Part shown: positions 57,339 to 64,000 of the stretch, piece by piece | Position numbering within the stretch: the first letter of the stretch is position 1 | How the letters are laid out: the number at the start of each line of letters is the position of its first letter | IMG/VR virus record: IMGVR_UViG_3300047312_000028 | Span: 96,001-160,000 of that record | Direction: 5' to 3' (one strand) | DNA from: a virus | DNA: 64,000 nucleotides | The notes under the pieces: model-generated | Told to the model about the DNA's origin: nothing | Seen by the model: only the letters and a program-made list of their open reading frames with translations | Database searches by the model: none | Program-made: the position numbers and the translations under genes

Positions 57339-59765
57339 TTGTATCTACCAAAAGACGGCCTTAATATCTCCAGAGAACTTCTCCCCCAGGTCGCCAACGC
57401 GGACCTCCCCGATTACTTCAATTGGCTTAAAACTAACAAGCAAATCTCCTGCATTACTACCGAATTGCCTGTTTCTTCGCTTCATCCATCACAAGGTGAC
57501 TTCAATGAAGAGAAGATTGCCGAATTGATGACGCATAGACTGGAAGAACTCAAAAAGCCAATCATTGTGTCTTCTGACTTCTTCGTGCTCGATGGTCACC
57601 ATCGTTGGCTAGCGTTGCTCAATATGGACCAGAACGACACTATACCGGTAGTCATGACGAATGTGAAGATCATGGATCTGCTTGCAGCCACGAAAGAGTA
57701 TCCTAAGTCATTCACTAGAACTGTGGTCGAATCATTCAAGAGTATGATCGGTAGCAAACATGCGGTTATGTCTTATGCCCGCATGAATCCTCCAACGAAG
57801 GGTCATGAGAAGCTGATTCATACGGTGCATCATGTAGCGAATGAGTTTGCCGCTCACCATGAGATCGTATTAAGTCATAAACACGACAACACAAAGAACC
57901 CATTGAGCCAGGAGACCAAGCACAGCTACCTGAAGCAGATGTTTCCAGATACAAATTTTGTGAACGCAACAGATGAACATCCAAGTATATTTCACCACGC
58001 GACACGTTTGAATCGCGCAGGATACAAGCATTTACATGTGGTCGCTGGTGATGATCGTGCCAAAGAGTTTGAGGAGAAATTACATAAATACAACGGGCAC
58101 TATGATGACGCAGGCAACGGCTATAAATTCGACTCGATAACTCTTCACTCCGCTGGTTCGAGAAACCCAGAAGGAAAAGGACTTGAGGGGTTATCGGGTA
58201 CGAAATTGCGTGATTATGCAGCAAATGGGAACTATCCAGAATTTGCAAAAGGTGTGCCAGGATCAACAGAAGTCGCCAAAAGACTCTACAACGATGTGCG
58301 ACAAGGATTAAAACCGATGAACGAGAGTGCAGAACTTCTAGAAGAAGGCGTCCATGACGCTGCTATTTTCAAGGCCGTGTTTCTTGCTGGTGCACCAGGC
58401 TCCGGTAAAGACTATGTTCTTAAGCATGCCTTAGATGGCCACGGTCTTACAGAGATCAGTTCAGATCCGATGTTGACCCATTTGATCGATAAGAACCAAA
58501 TGGATCGAAAGATGCCAGAGCATGAGCAAGAGAAGCGTGGCCTGTTGAGAAAGAAAGCTCAATCACTCACCGACCTGCGCCAGAAGCTTGCATTACATGG
58601 TCGCAACGGTATCATAGTCAACGGTTCAGGTGCTAGTTTTGACCAGGTTAAGAAAATCAAAGGTATGCTTGATGAACTAGGCTATGCCTGCAAGATGATC
58701 TTTGTAGATACCAGCGACAATGTAAGCCGCAATCGCAATATCGAACGTGGTCAGAAGGGCGGTCGCACTGTTCCTGAGAAAGCACGAGCAGAGAAGTGGA
58801 GAGCCGCGCAGGATTCTCGTGTCAATTTCTCTAAACTCTTTGGTTCTGAGAACTATCACGAATTCAACAACGACGAAGACCTCCGCAATAACACTGACGG
58901 TGAAGTACATAAGCAGAAGACGAAAGAACTTGAAGACCTCTTCAAGACAGTCAAGAAGTTTACGCAGCAACCACCGGAGCATCCATCTGCACAAGAATGG
59001 GTTCATAAGAATCTTGGTAAGCTTGCAAAGCAACCACTTGGCAACAAGACTCAGCAAAAGAAGCAAATCCCGGCTTCACCCGATGCACAAGCGACAGAAG
59101 ACGCCCGCAAACTTGGGCTTCAGTACTATGGGTATGGTCGCTATGGTAAAGCAGGACGTGTCACGCATTTCTCATTGAACGGCAAACTGGTAGAGAAGAA
59201 GAAAGCATTGACTCCACCTAAGTCGTTAGAACCAGCAAAAACAACAAAGAAGCTTGATGAAGCTTTTGAAGAACTATTTACGGAGGATAATGATGAACGT
59301 ATACGATTGGAAAATCACATGGCTTCTTCTTTTGTGGTGGGAGGATTGGAAGTGGTTCCTTTACATGTACAATACCTCTCCGACACCATGCGAGGACACA
59401 GAGAAAGAGTTGATAAAAACAGTCAAGACAGATTCAGTAACCTCCGTGAATACGTTTGTGAAACCAGCAGGAGTGAAGTTCGAGTGGGAACCGACAAAAG
59501 TGACACCAAAGCGCAAGGTAACCAAGAAGAGAAACCCCAAGAAACAACTTCTTCTTTCCGAGGGCTCATGGAACGATTGGGGTCTAGAAGAACAGAAGTC
59601 AAAAAAGAAATCCTCAAAGAAGGCGAGCCGACGCAAGACGTAGGAGGTGACGGTGGTCCTATTCTTGGTACTGGAACCGCCGAGACTGTTGATAGTACAA
59701 ACGGTGGCATTGCCACGAACGGTCCAAAGAAGACATTGAAGAAGTTCAAGGGAGATATCAAGTAA
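57339..59765 (+). CDS. Multidomain protein: ParB/Srx-like + HIGH-type cytidylyltransferase-like + zeta-toxin/AAA_33-like P-loop kinase + C-terminal modules
   Basis: LHPSQ..PIIVS..LDGHHRW; RMNPPTKGHEKL, NPLS, VAGDDR, SGTKLR; LAGAPGSGKDY, RNIERG. Confidence 0.82.
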   Translation: MYLPKDGLNISRELLPQVANADLPDYFNWLKTNKQISCITTELPVSSLHPSQGDFNEEKIAELMTHRLEELKKPIIVSSDFFVLDGHHRWLALLNMDQNDTIPVVMTNVKIMDLLAATKEYPKSFTRTVVESFKSMIGSKHAVMSYARMNPPTKGHEKLIHTVHHVANEFAAHHEIVLSHKHDNTKNPLSQETKHSYLKQMFPDTNFVNATDEHPSIFHHATRLNRAGYKHLHVVAGDDRAKEFEEKLHKYNGHYDDAGNGYKFDSITLHSAGSRNPEGKGLEGLSGTKLRDYAANGNYPEFAKGVPGSTEVAKRLYNDVRQGLKPMNESAELLEEGVHDAAIFKAVFLAGAPGSGKDYVLKHALDGHGLTEISSDPMLTHLIDKNQMDRKMPEHEQEKRGLLRKKAQSLTDLRQKLALHGRNGIIVNGSGASFDQVKKIKGMLDELGYACKMIFVDTSDNVSRNRNIERGQKGGRTVPEKARAEKWRAAQDSRVNFSKLFGSENYHEFNNDEDLRNNTDGEVHKQKTKELEDLFKTVKKFTQQPPEHPSAQEWVHKNLGKLAKQPLGNKTQQKKQIPASPDAQATEDARKLGLQYYGYGRYGKAGRVTHFSLNGKLVEKKKALTPPKSLEPAKTTKKLDEAFEELFTEDNDERIRLENHMASSFVVGGLEVVPLHVQYLSDTMRGHRERVDKNSQDRFSNLREYVCETSRSEVRVGTDKSDTKAQGNQEEKPQETTSSFRGLMERLGSRRTEVKKEILKEGEPTQDVGGDGGPILGTGTAETVDSTNGGIATNGPKKTLKKFKGDIK
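59290..59643 (+). CDS. Possible overprinted gene (+1 frame) inside the 57339 gene
   Basis: GGAGG SD just before ATG 59290; 117 codons; Trp-rich N-terminus and Lys-rich tail. Confidence 0.4.
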   Translation: MMNVYDWKITWLLLLWWEDWKWFLYMYNTSPTPCEDTEKELIKTVKTDSVTSVNTFVKPAGVKFEWEPTKVTPKRKVTKKRNPKKQLLLSEGSWNDWGLEEQKSKKKSSKKASRRKT

Positions 59766-61606
59766 TGGATACCTCAACGAAGTGGACGCCAGCCGTAAAG
59801 ACTGCCCATCATTATCAGGGGCAGATCAACGGTAAGACATATGTGGTACCTCATGCGTCTTTGAATATCTATCACAAAGGTGGATATGCAGAGCCGATGC
59901 GTCATTCGATTGTCACTTCGTTGCATCATGTGCAGCATAACAATCCAGACTTGACGCCTGAAGAACATACACGAGTGCATGAACATATCAAGGCAATTCA
60001 TGGGGGACAAGCGCCTGCCAAGCTGAAGGAAGAAATCAAAATCACCACGACGCCTGCAACACGAAAAGAGTTGAAGGCGGCACGACCAATGCGTAAAGGA
60101 GCCGCGGAGAGATTTATGAAAAGATTTGCTGCCAAAACAGAACTAGAAAAAAAAGAACAACTCAGTGAATCAAAACAAAAGCTCTACAATCCCGATGGGT
60201 CGTTTCGAGCCGGCGTCAAAGTGACCGTCGATGGAAAGCACGGAGAGATCAGTCATGTTCATCACAGTCAAGAACACCCAACCTATCCACACTCCTATAA
60301 AGTCACTGACTTGGGCGCGAATGATCCCTACAAACAAACTCGTTTACGCGGCAACACATTCATTTCACATAGAGACATAAAGCCATTAGAAGAACGAGCA
60401 TTAACTGCCGCCGAGACGGACAAGAAAGAGGATATGGTGCATTCCATGAAGAAGAACCTTCAGAGCTTCAAAGATCGATACGGCGCGGACGCCAAGAGTG
60501 TGATGTACGCGACGGCGACGAAGAAAGCAAAAGAGTTGGCAGAACGAAGTGAGAACTTCATGTTTACCCATCACCCTGGCGACCCAGAGAGCGAAGATAA
60601 GTTGAAACGCGCTAAACAAATGCTACAGGGTACCGGTAAGAAGCTGCACGTTCGCGCCCGTTTAGGAAAAGACAATCCTAACGCCCATGAATATAAGAAC
60701 AACACGCGCCATGGGCATCCTGCTTCAAATAGATATCAGACGATCTTGAAGCAAGACGCCAAGCATTTTGACGTATACAAGCGTCCAAGCATTCATGAAG
60801 AATCGCATGGTAGTAACTTCCTTGATAAGGACCGTACAGACGCCAAGATCAATCGACGTAAAAGTTTTGCGGCTCATGCGAAAGAGAAGAGAGAGAATGA
60901 AGCCCATAAGGATAATCATCATGAGGGTCCTTTGAATGAAAGTCTCTCTGCCTTTATGAAGACCTATAAGAAAAACGAAGCACGAAACGAACACCAAGCT
61001 AATATGGTGCATCTTGCAAAACACTTCGGTAATGAAGCCGATCAAAAAGAAGCACAGTTTTACTATGATGAACAGAAGAAGCACGGAGAGAATAGACACT
61101 CCGAAGCTCAATCTAAGTTACACAGAAAGTTATGGCCGAGAGCAGTAGCCAAACACACCTATAGCAATTACAACGAAGAGGTAGACGCCATGAGTCAACT
61201 TAACGAAACATTACATGCGTACCAGGTACATCACAACGGCAAGCATATCGACACTGTATTCTATGGTAGTCACGAAGACCCAGCCGATGTGAAGAAGTCG
61301 TTGGTCAACCATGATGGTTATGACCCAGGCATCACAATCAAGAAAGAAAAGTTCCATCACCTTCCAGTGAGAAAGAACCTGAAGGAAGAAACACCATCCA
61401 AGCTTCCATTGATTCGATCTGTGTTGAAAGAAATGTCCACCCGTAAACACTTTCAACAAGTGGCCGATTTGATTAAGGCGAACCCAGATGCGAAGAAGCG
61501 CCAGGAGTTTGCGAATCATCATGCTACAGTGTTTGCGGCGCAGAACCCACGTTTCAACCATGAGTTATTTCATAAGGCCGCGGGCACCACATATACGAAA
61601 TCATAA
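59765..61606 (+). CDS. Putative internal head polyprotein (His/Lys-rich modules separated by gp21-type sites)
   Basis: LKEE, LSE, LEE, LAE, IHEE, LNE, YNEE, LNE, LKEE, LKE spaced roughly 10-90 aa apart. Confidence 0.65.
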   Translation: MDTSTKWTPAVKTAHHYQGQINGKTYVVPHASLNIYHKGGYAEPMRHSIVTSLHHVQHNNPDLTPEEHTRVHEHIKAIHGGQAPAKLKEEIKITTTPATRKELKAARPMRKGAAERFMKRFAAKTELEKKEQLSESKQKLYNPDGSFRAGVKVTVDGKHGEISHVHHSQEHPTYPHSYKVTDLGANDPYKQTRLRGNTFISHRDIKPLEERALTAAETDKKEDMVHSMKKNLQSFKDRYGADAKSVMYATATKKAKELAERSENFMFTHHPGDPESEDKLKRAKQMLQGTGKKLHVRARLGKDNPNAHEYKNNTRHGHPASNRYQTILKQDAKHFDVYKRPSIHEESHGSNFLDKDRTDAKINRRKSFAAHAKEKRENEAHKDNHHEGPLNESLSAFMKTYKKNEARNEHQANMVHLAKHFGNEADQKEAQFYYDEQKKHGENRHSEAQSKLHRKLWPRAVAKHTYSNYNEEVDAMSQLNETLHAYQVHHNGKHIDTVFYGSHEDPADVKKSLVNHDGYDPGITIKKEKFHHLPVRKNLKEETPSKLPLIRSVLKEMSTRKHFQQVADLIKANPDAKKRQEFANHHATVFAAQNPRFNHELFHKAAGTTYTKS

Positions 61607-61614
61607 GGACTGAT

Positions 61615-62910
61615 ATGAAGAAGTTCACTGAGTTAAAAGAAAACACACCGACAGTGCATACCTACAGAGGGTACTCTATCAAGGAGTATGAGGGAAAGTT
61701 CCATGTGCAGAAGACGCCTGGGACTACTCTATCCCATCATGCCAGCAAGAAGGATGCCAAGAGTCGTATCGATTACTACCACAGGCTCCCAGATAAGAGC
61801 ATGTCGCATGGTGATATGGTCTCGTTGGTCAATGAAACAAAGTGGCATGTTAAAGAAGAGAAAGAAGTACCGAAGAGCACACTACCTAGCGACGAACCAA
61901 AGAAGAATGAGGAGTCTATCAAGAACATATCTGCGCATGATAAAAGGACTCTATCACTCATGAAGTCAATGTTTGGTCGCCGCCCTATGAAGGAAGAGAC
62001 AGAGCGAGAACGTAAGTCTCATGCTGTGCGTATGGCACCTGCACCTACTAATGACCAATTAGAAAAGCGGGATGAGTCAGATGATCTTATCAAGAAGAAT
62101 TTTGAGACTGCACAAAAGAAAACGGCTGATGCACTTGCCTCTAAGGAAATCACGAAAGTCATGAAAGAGTCAGTCGGTAGTGTACCGGGTGGCGGTGTGC
62201 TCGACGAAAGCGGACCTGATACATACAAAGTCGGAGATCATGTCATTGCAAAGATCGGTCCTCACGCTGGTCAGGTGCATAGAGTCATTCATGTGCATCC
62301 TACAGGGCATCTGAATATTACACCAATCGGGCACAGCAACCGATATAAGTTAGGGGCAGCGAAAGCGAACCCAGAAGATGTGACGCGACAGCTTGAAGAA
62401 GCGAAGAAGAAACCTAAAAAGAAGTTCGTACCAGATCCAAAGATTTGGAAAAAACTGCCCGTACTATCAAAGCTCCTAGGTGTCAAATTAGAAGAATCGA
62501 TCATATCACGCACGACAGTCCAAGAGGTCTTTCAGGCAGCGAAAGCGAAGAAGAAAGAAGCGGGTAAAGACAAGAAAGAGATCAAGACTGACCCAAAGAA
62601 AGATCCAAAGAAAGAGAAAGTGTCAGCACAAGACTTTGACAAACCGAAGGAGTTTCAGGACCCTGGGCAAGCTGAACCAGATCAGACCGAAGTCCAGGCA
62701 AAACCCCCTCAGTTCGGCGGCAAAGACGGTGACGATGCAAAGCCCAAGGAGAAGAAGAACAACACTCCAGAGCCAGAAAAGAAGGGCACAAAGCTTGTAG
62801 TCAAGGGCCCTGGTGCTGATGACAAGTTCCAGACCGATCCTATCGTAACCCCTGTGACAACGTTGCCGGACACGGCATCCGCACGAACCGGTAGCCAAGG
62901 GGTCAGGTAA
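61615..62910 (+). CDS. Putative internal head polyprotein with capsid-targeting-like N-terminus
   Basis: MKKFTELKE start; VNE, VKEE, MKEE, MKE, LDE, LEE, LEE boundaries. Confidence 0.65.
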   Translation: MKKFTELKENTPTVHTYRGYSIKEYEGKFHVQKTPGTTLSHHASKKDAKSRIDYYHRLPDKSMSHGDMVSLVNETKWHVKEEKEVPKSTLPSDEPKKNEESIKNISAHDKRTLSLMKSMFGRRPMKEETERERKSHAVRMAPAPTNDQLEKRDESDDLIKKNFETAQKKTADALASKEITKVMKESVGSVPGGGVLDESGPDTYKVGDHVIAKIGPHAGQVHRVIHVHPTGHLNITPIGHSNRYKLGAAKANPEDVTRQLEEAKKKPKKKFVPDPKIWKKLPVLSKLLGVKLEESIISRTTVQEVFQAAKAKKKEAGKDKKEIKTDPKKDPKKEKVSAQDFDKPKEFQDPGQAEPDQTEVQAKPPQFGGKDGDDAKPKEKKNNTPEPEKKGTKLVVKGPGADDKFQTDPIVTPVTTLPDTASARTGSQGVR

Positions 62911-62912
62911 CA

Positions 62913-62920
62913 TATAAATA
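62913..62920 (+). promoter_or_regulatory. Late promoter TATAAATA
   Basis: Exact consensus, intergenic. Confidence 0.8.
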
Positions 62921-62933
62921 GAGTGACAATATT

Positions 62934-63446
62934 ATGAGAGATCCAAATATGATTATTTACTGCGATAGTGACGGTGTTATCTGTGACTTCTACGGTGGTG
63001 CCGAGAAGCTCCTGGGGCATCCTTGGGGTGAACGGCACGGGGTAAGACAAAAAGCACTCGAACAAGGTTTACTACTCAACAAGCACGAAACTTTCTGGTC
63101 GACACTCCCAGAGATACCAGATTGGAAAGTTTTGTGGAGCTTTATTGAAAAGTACGATCCTCATATTCTGACAGCAGTTCCGGCTTGGGATCATGATTTT
63201 GCTGTAGTTGAAGAAGGTAAGTGGGAGTGGTATCAGAAACACATTCCTTTGCTTCCGAGAGACCGCTTTCATGTTGTGTATCGTGACGAAAAGGCACAAT
63301 TCGCACGAAATGGTGACGTGCCTAACATTCTGATTGATGACCATCCAGGTAACATAAAAGACTTTGAAGCGGCCGGCGGTATTGGAATCTATCATGTCAG
63401 TGCGAAAGTTACGATTTTGAAACTTAAGGAACTCGGGTATCACTAA
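62934..63446 (+). CDS. HAD-family 5'(3')-deoxyribonucleotidase-like protein
   Basis: YCDSDGVICDF, ILTA, K..W, ILIDDH..N..F.AAGGIGI. Confidence 0.85.
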   Translation: MRDPNMIIYCDSDGVICDFYGGAEKLLGHPWGERHGVRQKALEQGLLLNKHETFWSTLPEIPDWKVLWSFIEKYDPHILTAVPAWDHDFAVVEEGKWEWYQKHIPLLPRDRFHVVYRDEKAQFARNGDVPNILIDDHPGNIKDFEAAGGIGIYHVSAKVTILKLKELGYH

Positions 63447-63463
63447 CAAAAGGGAGAAGTAAC

Positions 63464-64000
63464 ATGAGTCTATGGACAATGACCGATTTAGCTAACGGGG
63501 CACCAAAATTCGCTGTGGCAGGAGGCCTCGGTGTTGCGGCGAATGGCAGTGTCCTATTCGACAACGTGCAAGTTGGCGCTTTTGTCACAAATTCCGCAAT
63601 TGGAATCTTTGGCGTCGATGCGAATGAAACATCCAATCTGTTAGGGACCGCGGTTGAGTCCAACAGAGGGTATCACGCAGGATGGGTCAATCGTAAGGTT
63701 GGTACGGGCCCGGTTACAGGAATCACTCTTGTAACAGGTGGTCTTGGATACTCAAACGGCTTCATCGATTTCACAGGTGCAGGTGGCCAGGGGGCTGGTG
63801 CCAATGCAGCATTCACAGTGAACGCAAATGGAGCAGTGGTATCTGTTACGTTAGCGAGTGGTGGTGGAGATTATATTTCTGCACCAACTGCAACAGCGAA
63901 CGGGGCCAATAACTCTGCCGCTGTATTCACTACAACGGTAGGTGGTCGTGCAAATCGTATTCAATATGAAACTATCGTAGCCGCTGGATCAATATCAACA
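63464..64000 (+). CDS. Virion structural protein (3' truncated by window edge; not in the ORF track)
   Basis: GGGAG SD; MSLWTMTD..HAGWV..Gly/Thr-rich..GGRANRIQYETIVA; open to the window end. Confidence 0.75.
   Translation, partial: MSLWTMTDLANGAPKFAVAGGLGVAANGSVLFDNVQVGAFVTNSAIGIFGVDANETSNLLGTAVESNRGYHAGWVNRKVGTGPVTGITLVTGGLGYSNGFIDFTGAGGQGAGANAAFTVNANGAVVSVTLASGGGDYISAPTATANGANNSAAVFTTTVGGRANRIQYETIVAAGSIST

Noticed and set aside
58340-59000. Zeta toxin-antitoxin module
   Set aside because: The P-loop kinase is an internal domain of a late multidomain protein, with no adjacent epsilon-like antitoxin.
1-64000. The many minus-strand and nested ORFs of 60-166 aa in the six-frame track
   Set aside because: They are shadows of well-supported + strand genes, with no motifs or SD sites. 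Only 59290-59643 has independent support.
1-64000. tRNA genes, CRISPR arrays, rRNA
   Set aside because: No cloverleaf with a T-arm consensus and no regularly spaced repeats were seen by eye. The 16S-like match at 31211-31226 is only ~16 nt.
1-64000. Stop-codon reassignment
   Set aside because: Core genes are full length under code 11, and TAA, TGA and TAG all terminate genes (e.g. gp17 ends in TAG, gp3 in TGA).

Overview
A 64-kb segment of a large T4-like (Tevenvirinae/Kyanoviridae-like) myophage genome, with essentially all real genes on the + strand. It runs from the end of gp15 through the head/tail cluster (gp16, gp17, gp18, gp19, gp20, gp67/68, gp21, gp22, gp23), then gp3, uvsY, uvsW, gp55, gp47 and gp46. 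An accessory block follows: peptide deformylase, an Asp/Asn-hydroxylase fusion, vWA, a PLP enzyme, SLOG, an amino-methyltransferase, and a CobT-like/MoxR pair. Next comes the replication cluster (gp1, gp45, gp44, gp62, regA, gp43, uvsX, gp40, gp41), then a ~7.6-kb glycosyltransferase/methyltransferase island, and finally a late-promoter block of large modular proteins. Sigma70-type early promoters, T4-type late promoters (TATAAATA/CATAAATA) and three intrinsic terminators are visible. The most notable observations are: (1) late polyproteins built from short basic modules separated by gp21-type (L/I/M/V)-X-E sites, some with capsid-targeting-like N-termini, including a ParB-nucleotidyltransferase-kinase fusion, suggesting a protease-processed capsid cargo system; (2) a possible new base-modification cluster; (3) a stand-alone paralog of the tail-sheath C-terminal domain; (4) structured non-coding elements, including a hairpin displaying a 16S-like anti-Shine-Dalgarno loop; (5) endonuclease-like insertions that supply recoded copies of the host gene's C-terminus. 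All family assignments come from motif recognition and synteny by eye; no database searches were run.
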